DNA of 24,000 nucleotides from Gaiellales bacterium (GCA_035696365.1 DASRQS010000046.1:29324-53323), one strand, 5' to 3'. Positions 14,105 through 21,885 are shown, counted from the first letter of the stretch. Numbers and translations are program-made. The notes: generated by a model not told the origin, from the letters alone.

Positions 14105-15673
14105 GTGCTCGACCTCGCGCGCGGCAGCGATGCATTCCAGTCCCGCGACTGGGCGCGCGCACGTGATCTGCTTCGGGACGCCCTCTCCACCGACGCCCCC
14201 GACGAGGCGCTCGAGATGCTGGCCGTCTCGTCCTGGTGGCTCGACGACGGCGACACGGCCTGGCAGGCGCGCGAGCGCCAGTTCCGCAGCTTCCGCCAGG
14301 CGGGGGACGACATCGGCGCCGCGCGCACTGCGATCGCGCTCGCATGGGACGCGACGATCTTCTCCTCCGACACCGCCGTGGCACGGGGCTGGGCCGCACG
14401 CGCGCGGAGCCTGCTCGAGGGCACGGAGCCCAGGGAGGAGCACGCGTGGCTCGCGCTGCGCGAGGGGACGCTCGACGGCGTCGGATCGACGACGTACGCC
14501 GATGCCCGGCACCTGGCCCGGACGGTGGACGCATTCGACGCGGAGATGACCGCGACCGTGCTCGAGGGCGACGCGCGAGTGGCCGAGGGACACATCGACG
14601 AAGGGCTCGCCTGCATGGACGAGGCACTCGCCGCTGCCTGCGGCGACGAGCTCGAGCACCCTCTGGCCATCACCTTCGCCTGTTGCCAGCTCTTCGCTGC
14701 CTGTGGGCGGGTGCGCGACTACGAGCATGCGTTCCAGTGGTGCCAGCGGGTGGCCGACCTCTGCGAGCGCCGAAACATCTGGAGCGTGCTGTCGGCCACG
14801 CGCTGTTCGTACGCCCAGATCCTGATCGCACGCGGCCGCTACGCGCAGGCGGAGCGCCTGCTCGTCGCAGCCGAGTCGCGCTACGGCGAGAAGGGCATGC
14901 CGCGCCACCGCGCACTCGCAGTCGCCTGGCTGGCGGACCTGCGCTTCCGGCAGGGCCGCCTCGACGAGGCGAGGCGCCTGCTCGACCGCGCGCATCCCGA
15001 GCCGATCCGCCACGTCACGGCCGCCTCGATCGAGCTCGCACAGGGGCGCGCCGAGCTCGCCGTCGAGCACGCCGAGGCATACCTCCGCCAGGCCGATTCG
15101 CAGCAGGTCGTGCTGCGGGCCGCCGCGCTCGAGATCATCGTCCGCGCCGAGATCATGCGCGGCTGCGAGGCACGTGCGGCCGAGGTCATGCAGGAGCTCG
15201 CGGCGCTCGCCGCCGACGCTGGAAGAGCACTGGTGGTGGCCCCGTCGCTGGTCGCGCGCGCCGCGCTCGGCGAATGCCGCGGCGATCTCGAGTCCGCGCG
15301 CGTGGCGCTGGCCGACGCCGCCGATCTCTTCGAGCGCGGCCAGGCGCCGTACGAGGCCGCGATGACGCGTATCCAGCTCGCTCGGGTGCTGATTGCGGCC
15401 GGCCGCCCGGCTGATGCGATGGGGTTCCGCGCGCTCGGGGAGGAGGGCCTGCGCGAGCTCCGCGCCACCGCCGGGACTCCCACGCTGCTGACCACTCGCG
15501 AGCTCGAGGTCCTCCAGCTCGTTGCCGAAGGCCTCTCGAACCCCGAGATCGGCCGTCGCCTCGTGATCTCCGCGCACACCGTCCACCGCCACGTCTCCAA
15601 CATCATGCGCAAACTGTCCGCCGGCTCGCGAGCGGCCGCGGTCGCGCGTGCCGCGCAGCTTGGGCTGTTCTGA
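14105..15673 (+). CDS. LuxR-family transcriptional regulator with N-terminal TPR-like helical repeat region
   Basis: This is track ORF 13967..15673 trimmed to GTG 14105, since the longer form would overlap the oxidase gene. The C-terminal HTH is LTTRELEVLQLVAEGLSNPEIGRRLVISAHTVHRHVSNIMRKL. The upstream ~450 aa are Ala/Leu/Arg-rich helical repeats. I see no receiver domain and no Walker A motif. Confidence 0.8.
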   Translation: MLDLARGSDAFQSRDWARARDLLRDALSTDAPDEALEMLAVSSWWLDDGDTAWQARERQFRSFRQAGDDIGAARTAIALAWDATIFSSDTAVARGWAARARSLLEGTEPREEHAWLALREGTLDGVGSTTYADARHLARTVDAFDAEMTATVLEGDARVAEGHIDEGLACMDEALAAACGDELEHPLAITFACCQLFAACGRVRDYEHAFQWCQRVADLCERRNIWSVLSATRCSYAQILIARGRYAQAERLLVAAESRYGEKGMPRHRALAVAWLADLRFRQGRLDEARRLLDRAHPEPIRHVTAASIELAQGRAELAVEHAEAYLRQADSQQVVLRAAALEIIVRAEIMRGCEARAAEVMQELAALAADAGRALVVAPSLVARAALGECRGDLESARVALADAADLFERGQAPYEAAMTRIQLARVLIAAGRPADAMGFRALGEEGLRELRATAGTPTLLTTRELEVLQLVAEGLSNPEIGRRLVISAHTVHRHVSNIMRKLSAGSRAAAVARAAQLGLF

Positions 15674-15683
15674 GCGCCGGCCC

Positions 15684-18551
15684 ATGAGCGTCAGCTTCGC
15701 CGGGCACCAGCTGCATTCGCCGCGCTTCTCGCTTGACGAGGCGCGCGTGCTGGCGCGCGAGCGCTTCGGCGTCGAGGGCACCGCGAGTCAGCTCGGCTCC
15801 CATCAGGACCAGAACGCCCTGATCGACGGGCCGTCGGGGCGGTTCGTGCTCAAGATCGCCAACGCGGCCTTCGGTGAGGACGAGCTCGACCTGCAGAACA
15901 GGGCGATGCTGCACCTCGCGGAGCGCTTGCCGCTGGAGGTTCCCCGCCCTTGCCCCGCACTGAACGGGAGCGAGATCGCCGCGGTCGAGCGGGACGGCGC
16001 GACCTATCTGCTGCGGCTCGTGACCTTCGTCGAGGGCGAGCCCCTGATCGACGCGCTCCATCTCGCCCCGGCGGTGCTGAACGCGCTCGGCGAGGTCGCC
16101 GGGCTCGTGGCGCGCGGGCTCGAGGACTTCGAGCACCCTGCGGCCGGCCGCGCGCTGCAGTGGGATCCACGGCACGTGGGGGCGGTGGTCGAGGCCCTCG
16201 CGCCGCACGTCGAGGATCCGCACCGCCGCTCGCTGGCGGTCGAGGTCGCCGGTGCCGCCGCCGAGGCGATCGAGCGGCTCGCACCGCGGTTGCGGACGCA
16301 GATCGCGCATTGCGACGTGACCGACTGGAACGTGATCGGCCGCCGTGACCGGGCGGGCCGGCTCATGCCCTGCGGCGTGATCGACTTCGGCGACGTCACG
16401 CGCACGCTGCGTGTCTGCGAGCTGGCAGTCGCCGCGTCTATCGCCTACGGCCACGACCCGGACGATCCGCTGTGTGCCGCGGCGGAGATCGTGCGCGGGT
16501 TCGATGCCGCCTGCCCGCTGGACGACGCCGAGCTGGAGGCGCTGCCGCACCTGGTCGCGGCGCGCGCCGCGATCGTCGCCGTCGGCACTGAGCAGCAGGC
16601 GGCGCTCGAGCCGCACAATGCCTACGCCCAGCGCGTGCGCGCGGGCGACTGGGCGATTTGCGAGACGGCGGCCGCCCAGCCTGCCCGGCTGGCCGGGGCG
16701 CTCTTCCGGCTGGCCTGCGGGCGCAGCGCAGCCGGGCACGCTCCGCGCGTCCCGGCGGGAGCCTGGCCGCTGCCCGGCATCGCGCCGGGCGCCGAGGTCG
16801 ACCTCTCGCCGACCGGCCTCGACCCGCTCACTCCGCCCGGCGCGCTCGGCGCCCACGGAGAAGGACGCTGGCACGCAACGCGCGAGCTCTCCCGCGAGGA
16901 GCCGGAGACCATCCATCTCGGCCTCGACGTCTTCGCGCCCGAGGGTCACGAGGTGCGCGCGCCGCTGGCAGGCCGCGTCGAGCGGGTGGGGGAGCGCGAG
17001 CTCCTACTCGCGGCCGAGGGCCTCGACGTGCGCCTGGCGGGGCTCGTGCCTGCGGCCATGGGCGGCGAGGACGTCGCGGCCGGCGCCGTCGTGGGTCACA
17101 TCACCGCGGCCGGCAGTCTCGCTCCGCACCTGCACGTGCAGGCGGCAGCACCGGGAATGCCGGCCCTGCCGGGCCTCGTGAAGCCTGCGCTCGCAGAGGC
17201 GTGGCTGGCGCTCTGTCCGCATCCCGGTCCACTGCTCGGGCTCGCCGCGCCCGCGCGCCCCGAGCGAGCGCTGCTCGCCCGCCGCCGCGCGGTGATCCCG
17301 CACGCCCAGCCGCTCTACTACGAGGCCCCGCCCGAGATCGTGCGCGGGGCGGGCCAGCATCTCTATGACGCCCAGGCACGCGCCTACCTCGACTGCGTGA
17401 ACAACGTGGCCGTGGTCGGCCATAGCCACCCGCGCGTGACGGCGGCAGCGACGCGTCAGCTGCGCCTGCTCAACACGAACTCGCGCTTCCTCTACGAGAG
17501 CATGACGGCCTTCGCCGAGCGCCTCGCAGGGCTGCTGCCCGACCCGCTCGACCGGGTCTTCCTGGTCTCGACCGGCTCGGAGGCCAATGACCTCGCACTG
17601 CGCCTGGCACGCGCGGCGACCCGCCGGCGCAACGTGCTCTGCATCCGGGACGCCTACCACGGCTGGACGACCGCCACCTACGAGGTCTCGACGAGCTCGG
17701 TCGACAACCCGCTGGGAGCCCTGGCCCCGGCCGAGGGCGTGCACCCGGTGCTCTCGCCCGATACCTACCGCGGCCCCTACGGCGCCGACGACCCGAGGGC
17801 GGGCGAGCGCTACGCCGATGCCGTGCGCGACGCGATCCACGAGTTGGCGGCCGCCGATCACCCGCCCGCGGCCTTCATCTGCGAGGCGCTCTACGGCAAC
17901 GCCGGCGGCATCGTCCTCCCCGACGGCTACCTGCAGGCGGCCTACGCGCACGTCCACGCGGCCGGAGGCGTCTGCATCGCCGACGAGGTGCAGGTCGGCT
18001 ACGGGCGGCTCGGCGCCCATTTCTGGGGCTTCGAGCAGCAGGGTGTCGTGCCCGACATCGTCACGGTCGCCAAGGCGACGGGCAACGGGCATCCCATCGC
18101 GGCCGTGATCACGACCGGCACGATCGCGGAGGCTCTGGAGGGCCAGGGCGGCTTCTTCGCATCCGTCGGCGGGGGCCCCGTGTCGTGTGAGATCGGCCTC
18201 GCCGTGCTCGACATCCTGCAGGAGGAGCGTCTGCAGGAGAATGCCCAGCGCGTGGGCGGCATGCTGCACGCCGGCCTACAGGAGATCGTGGGACGCCACG
18301 AGATTGCCGGGGCCGTGCACGGCATGGGCCTCTACCTCGGTCTCGACCTCGTGCGCGACCGCACGACCAAGCAGCCGGCGCGCGAGGAAACCGACGCGAT
18401 CTGCGAGCGCATGCGCGACCGCGGCGCGATCGTCCAGCCGACGGGTGACGGCATGAACGTCCTCAAGCTCAAGCCGCCGCTCGTCTTCCAGCAGCGCGAT
18501 GCCGACTGGCTGCTCGAGACACTGGACGGCGTGCTGGCCCGAGGTTGGTAG
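15684..18551 (+). CDS. Tri-domain fusion: APH/hydroxylysine-kinase-like phosphotransferase + M23-peptidase-like domain + class-III PLP-dependent aminotransferase/phospho-lyase-like domain
   Basis: This is track ORF 15648..18551, with the start taken at ATG 15684, 10 nt after the LuxR stop. The kinase domain has the catalytic loop IAHCDVTDWNV and the metal-binding VIDFGDV (about 15684-16700). The M23 motifs are HLGLD (H at 16914) and HLH (17127-17135). The class-III PLP domain runs from about 17270 (HLYDAQARAYLDCVNNVAVVGHSHPRV), with the Schiff-base lysine context DIVTVAKATGNGHPIA (AAG at 18072-18074). Confidence 0.85.
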   Translation: MSVSFAGHQLHSPRFSLDEARVLARERFGVEGTASQLGSHQDQNALIDGPSGRFVLKIANAAFGEDELDLQNRAMLHLAERLPLEVPRPCPALNGSEIAAVERDGATYLLRLVTFVEGEPLIDALHLAPAVLNALGEVAGLVARGLEDFEHPAAGRALQWDPRHVGAVVEALAPHVEDPHRRSLAVEVAGAAAEAIERLAPRLRTQIAHCDVTDWNVIGRRDRAGRLMPCGVIDFGDVTRTLRVCELAVAASIAYGHDPDDPLCAAAEIVRGFDAACPLDDAELEALPHLVAARAAIVAVGTEQQAALEPHNAYAQRVRAGDWAICETAAAQPARLAGALFRLACGRSAAGHAPRVPAGAWPLPGIAPGAEVDLSPTGLDPLTPPGALGAHGEGRWHATRELSREEPETIHLGLDVFAPEGHEVRAPLAGRVERVGERELLLAAEGLDVRLAGLVPAAMGGEDVAAGAVVGHITAAGSLAPHLHVQAAAPGMPALPGLVKPALAEAWLALCPHPGPLLGLAAPARPERALLARRRAVIPHAQPLYYEAPPEIVRGAGQHLYDAQARAYLDCVNNVAVVGHSHPRVTAAATRQLRLLNTNSRFLYESMTAFAERLAGLLPDPLDRVFLVSTGSEANDLALRLARAATRRRNVLCIRDAYHGWTTATYEVSTSSVDNPLGALAPAEGVHPVLSPDTYRGPYGADDPRAGERYADAVRDAIHELAAADHPPAAFICEALYGNAGGIVLPDGYLQAAYAHVHAAGGVCIADEVQVGYGRLGAHFWGFEQQGVVPDIVTVAKATGNGHPIAAVITTGTIAEALEGQGGFFASVGGGPVSCEIGLAVLDILQEERLQENAQRVGGMLHAGLQEIVGRHEIAGAVHGMGLYLGLDLVRDRTTKQPAREETDAICERMRDRGAIVQPTGDGMNVLKLKPPLVFQQRDADWLLETLDGVLARGW

Positions 18552-20146
18552 GAATCGCACATTCCTGCCAGACTGCCACTGTGCCTGCACGGGCCTCGGA
18601 CGAGCTCTACGTGCGGCTTCCACCGGAGGAGGTGCGCGAGCACGTGCATCTCTGGCTGCTGGCGCCGGAGCGTGAGCTGCCGGAGGTCGTGATCACGACC
18701 CGCCACGGGCGCACGCTCGTGGAGCCGGGTGCGCTGGCGCGGCGCCTGGGCGGGCGCGCGCAGGTCGTCCTCGTCGAGACGGGGGAGGCGACCTATGCCC
18801 TTCGCGACGCGCTGGGCGACGACCTCGCCGTGTGGGGCGGCGCCGCCCGGGTCTACCACCCTGGCTTCACGCTCTCGGACCGGGCTTCCCTGCATCCGCG
18901 CATCTACGCCTTCGAGGGGCGCGAGAGCGAGGCCGAGCGGGCGCTGCTGGCGGCGCTCGGCATCGAGGACGCCCGGGCGGACGACCGCTTCGCGATCGGC
19001 GACGACGTCGAGGGCGAGGTCGTCTCGCTGGACGCGCGCACCGCGACGCTCGCGCTGCCCGACGGCTGCGCTCGCGTACGTGCGGGCGATCTCGCGCGAG
19101 GCTTCGTGCACTCCTGCCACGACATCCTGCGCATCGGCCAGCGCGTGCGCGCCCGGGTGCGCGAGCTGGCGCCCGACGGGACGCCCTGGCTCGACCTGCA
19201 GCCGTTCCAGGCCGACGAGATCGCAACGATCGCCGAGCAGGCCGGCCCCGGGGACGTCGTGCGCGTGCGCGTGCGGCGGCGCAGCAACAACGGCTTCCAG
19301 GTCGAGCTGCTGCCCGGTGCCGACGCCTTCGTCCCGCTCCCGCACTGCCCTGCCGAGCTCGAGGCGGAGCGCGACGACGTGCTCGCCGCACGCATCGTGC
19401 GGCTGGACGTCGCGGACAGGCGCATCGTCGTCTCACTGGCCGATGCTCCCGCCAGCGCAGAGGGCGCACGGCCGCTCCGGCTTTACCCCGATGGGCCCGT
19501 GTTCCTGGCCACCGACGACATCGCCGCGCAGCGCTCGGCGAGCGAGCTCGATCGCAGCGAGACGGAGCTGAGCGTCGTGCGCGAGCGCCTCGACCAGGCG
19601 CTCGCCGACGCCGATTGCGCGCGCGCCGAGCGCGACAAGCTGGCCGATGAGCTGCGCGAGGAGCGCCTGCGCGCCCGCGGGCTCGCGGCGGATCTGCGCA
19701 CCACCCATGAGGGCGCCGTGGATCTCGACGCGCTCCTGCGCAGCGAGGCGCTGTGCGATCCGGGCGCGTTCCTCGCCTGGCTCGGCGTGGCGCACTCGAG
19801 GCTGCACGGCCCGGCGGAGCGCGTCCGCTTCCCGCTGCGCCGCGTTCTCGTGGGGCCCGACTTCCTCGACTCGCTGCGGGAGCTGCAGGGCGTGTCCGTG
19901 CACCGCGTGCTCGATACCTGCGTGCATGTCGCCACCGGCCGCGCCTCGGAGATCCCCGGCCTGGAGCTGCACCCGTTGCGCGCAGGAGCGGGTGGCACCG
20001 AGCAGCGTCAGCGTGCCGACGGCGCGCGGGCCTGGCGCTGCGCGCTCCAGGTGCATTCGCCCTCGGCCCGGCGCCTGCACTTCTGGCGGCTCGAGGGGGA
20101 CGCGGTCGAGCTCGACCGCGTCGGCACGCACGACGCCGATATCTAG
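18545..20146 (+). CDS. Hypothetical multidomain protein: unknown N-terminal domain, two S1/OB-like domains, coiled coil, RelE/ParE-like C-terminal domain
   Basis: 533-aa ORF with coding-like third-position G/C bias. The start is ambiguous: TTG 18545 overlaps the upstream stop by 7 nt, and GTG 18581 is an alternative. The S1-like segments are IGDDVEGEVVSLDARTATLALPDGCARVRAGDL...IGQRVRARV and PGDVVRVRVRRRSNNGFQVELLPGADAFVPL...VLAARIVRLD. A heptad-like, charged stretch is ELSVVRERLDQALADADCARAERDKLADELREERLRARG. The C-terminus ARAWRCALQVHSPSARRLHFWRLEGDAVELDRVGTHD resembles the beta-strand core of RelE/ParE toxins. Confidence 0.6.
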   Translation: MVGIAHSCQTATVPARASDELYVRLPPEEVREHVHLWLLAPERELPEVVITTRHGRTLVEPGALARRLGGRAQVVLVETGEATYALRDALGDDLAVWGGAARVYHPGFTLSDRASLHPRIYAFEGRESEAERALLAALGIEDARADDRFAIGDDVEGEVVSLDARTATLALPDGCARVRAGDLARGFVHSCHDILRIGQRVRARVRELAPDGTPWLDLQPFQADEIATIAEQAGPGDVVRVRVRRRSNNGFQVELLPGADAFVPLPHCPAELEAERDDVLAARIVRLDVADRRIVVSLADAPASAEGARPLRLYPDGPVFLATDDIAAQRSASELDRSETELSVVRERLDQALADADCARAERDKLADELREERLRARGLAADLRTTHEGAVDLDALLRSEALCDPGAFLAWLGVAHSRLHGPAERVRFPLRRVLVGPDFLDSLRELQGVSVHRVLDTCVHVATGRASEIPGLELHPLRAGAGGTEQRQRADGARAWRCALQVHSPSARRLHFWRLEGDAVELDRVGTHDADI

Positions 20147-20154
20147 GCCCTGTC

Positions 20155-20189
20155 ATGCACAAACCGGGGTCAGATCCCCATTTGCGCAG
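20155..20189. repeat. Palindromic intergenic repeat, copy C (module 1, right arm degenerate) between convergent genes
   Basis: tgcacaaaccggggtcaga (20156-20174) is identical to 11048-11066. The right arm ccccatttgcgca is an imperfect complement. It lies between the stop at 20146 (+) and the stop at 20206 (-). The following gatcggctcagcc weakly resembles the start of module 2 (atcggggtcaggc). Confidence 0.6.
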
Positions 20190-20205
20190 CCTGCGCGCGA
20201 TCGGC

Positions 20206-21873
20206 TCAGCCGGCGAAGGCGAGCAATGCGCGGGCGCGCTCGAGCGCGCCCTGCTCGTCGGCGAGCTTGCGCTCGAGCGCCCTCGCCTCCGCAGCCCGTG
20301 CCCGGCCGCCGCCGCGCGCCTCCGCGAGTCGCTGCTCGACCTCGGCCACGCGCTCCTCGTGCTTGCGCAGGGCGACGCTGAGCGGGCTCACAGGCGGTTG
20401 CGGAGGCTGCTGCGGCGCGCTCGAGGACGAGCGCGAGCCGTCGCCCCGACTGCTCCGGCCTGCGGGCGCTCCGCTCTCACGGCGGCGCGGCGGACGCGCG
20501 GCGCGCAACTGCGCGAGCACCTGGTCGCGGGCTGCGCGGAAGGCCTGCCAAAGCTCCTCGTCGTCGGCCCGCCCTCCGCTGCCCGCGGCGCGCCACTCCT
20601 CCATCTGACGCGCGAGCGCGGGCTCGGCCGTGGCCGCGTCGAACGGCTCGATGAGCGCCTGGGCCTGCTCGATCAGCGCGCGCTTGGCCGCGCGCGCCCC
20701 ACCGCGGGCACGGTCGCGCTCGGCCGCCATCGAGCGCCGGCGATCGAAGGCGGCGCGGCGGCTTGCGGAGAAGCGCTCCCAGAGCGCCTGCTCCTGATCG
20801 CGGCCCGCGTGCCCGGCGGCCTTCCACTCCGTCATCAGCCGCTCGAGAGCGTCGCCGATGGCGCGGCCGTCCTCTGAGGTCGCAAGCGCCTCGCTCTCGG
20901 CGATGAGCGCCTCCTTGCGCTCGACCGTCGCGGCGCGCTCGCGCGCCCGCTCGGCGTAGGCGCGGTTGCGCTGCTCGTAGAACGCCTCGCGCGCTGCAGC
21001 GAAGCGCTTCCACAGCTCGCGATCTCGCATCTGGCCCGCGGACGGCGCCGACTTCCAGCGGTCCAGCAGATCGCGGAAGCCCTGGGCGGACTCGGCGTAG
21101 CGCGTCGACGCGGCCAGTCGCTCGGCCTCCTCGGCGATCGCGGTGCGGAGCACCTCGGCCAGCGCCCGCTCGTCCTCGCCCGAGAGCACGACCTGCTCGG
21201 GCATCTCGGTGGAGGGCGCTTCCTCGGCTGCGGACTGATCCTCGACCGGGGCATCCTCGACCGCAGCGCCCTCGAGCGGGGCTTCCGCCGTAGAGGTCTC
21301 CGCGGGCGCAGCCGGCACCTCGCGAGTCGCGTTTTCGACGACGGCGACGGGCTGCTCGGCCACGGCCTCCTCGGCCACAGGCTCCTCGGCCACGGCCTCT
21401 TCCGCGATGGGCTCTTCGGCCGGAGGCTCTTCGGCCACGGCCGCCTCGGCCACTGGCTCTTGCGCCACGGGCTCCTCGGCGACGGGTTCCTCGACCACAG
21501 GCTCCTCGACCACGGCCGCCTCGGCCACAGGCTCTTCCGCGACGGCCTCCTCGGCGACAGGCTCCTCGGCGACGGCCTCCTCGGCGACGGCCTCCTCGGC
21601 GACGGCCTCCTCGGCGACGGCCTCCTCGGCGACGGCCTCCCCGGCGACGGCCTCCCCGGCGACAGGCTCCTCGGCGACGGCCTCCTCGGCGACAGGCTCC
21701 TCGGTCACGGCGTCCTCGACCGGTCCACCGGGAACCGCGGCCTGCTCGGCCACGGGTTCCTCGACGGGGATCGGCTCTTCGACGGCAACCGGCTCCTCGC
21801 TCACCGGCTCCTCGGGCGGAGCGTCGATCACGGGTGCGTCCGGCGTCTCCTCGGCGGGCGACTCCATGCTCAC
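20206..21873 (-). CDS. DUF349 domain-containing protein with acidic pentapeptide-repeat N-terminal region
   Basis: 555 aa. It has three DUF349-type helical repeats: LLDRWKSAP..RELWKRFAAAREAF, LMTEWKAAGHAGRDQEQALWERFSASRRAAF and QMEEWRAAGSGGRADDEELWQAFRAARDQV. The N-terminal ~170 aa are (E-E-P/A-V-A)n. The start is GTG 21873, or ATG 21867. Confidence 0.8.
   Translation of the reverse strand: MSMESPAEETPDAPVIDAPPEEPVSEEPVAVEEPIPVEEPVAEQAAVPGGPVEDAVTEEPVAEEAVAEEPVAGEAVAGEAVAEEAVAEEAVAEEAVAEEAVAEEPVAEEAVAEEPVAEAAVVEEPVVEEPVAEEPVAQEPVAEAAVAEEPPAEEPIAEEAVAEEPVAEEAVAEQPVAVVENATREVPAAPAETSTAEAPLEGAAVEDAPVEDQSAAEEAPSTEMPEQVVLSGEDERALAEVLRTAIAEEAERLAASTRYAESAQGFRDLLDRWKSAPSAGQMRDRELWKRFAAAREAFYEQRNRAYAERARERAATVERKEALIAESEALATSEDGRAIGDALERLMTEWKAAGHAGRDQEQALWERFSASRRAAFDRRRSMAAERDRARGGARAAKRALIEQAQALIEPFDAATAEPALARQMEEWRAAGSGGRADDEELWQAFRAARDQVLAQLRAARPPRRRESGAPAGRSSRGDGSRSSSSAPQQPPQPPVSPLSVALRKHEERVAEVEQRLAEARGGGRARAAEARALERKLADEQGALERARALLAFAG
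21346..21720. repeat. In-frame 15-bp tandem repeat array (25 consecutive units) encoding the AEEAV/AEEPV pentapeptide repeats of the DUF349 protein
   Basis: The plus-strand unit consensus is gacggcctcctcggc. Units tile exactly from 21346 to 21720. Four consecutive identical units occupy 21571-21630, followed by two identical gacggcctccccggc units (21631-21660). More degenerate units continue to about 21810. Confidence 0.9.
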
Positions 21874-21879
21874 ATGCGA

Positions 21880-21885
21880 ACCCTA
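21880..21885 (-). promoter_or_regulatory. Candidate -10 hexamer TAGGGT (minus strand), 6 nt upstream of the DUF349 GTG
   Basis: The minus strand reads ...catcTAGGGTtcgcatGTGagcatggag. The hexamer is at 21885->21880, the spacer at 21879-21874, and the GTG at 21873. Confidence 0.3.

Noticed and set aside
21346-21810. Regular short repeats that could superficially suggest a CRISPR array or satellite
   Set aside because: The period is 15 bp with no unique spacers. The array is in frame within a DUF349 coding sequence, encodes a pentapeptide repeat, and has no cas genes nearby.
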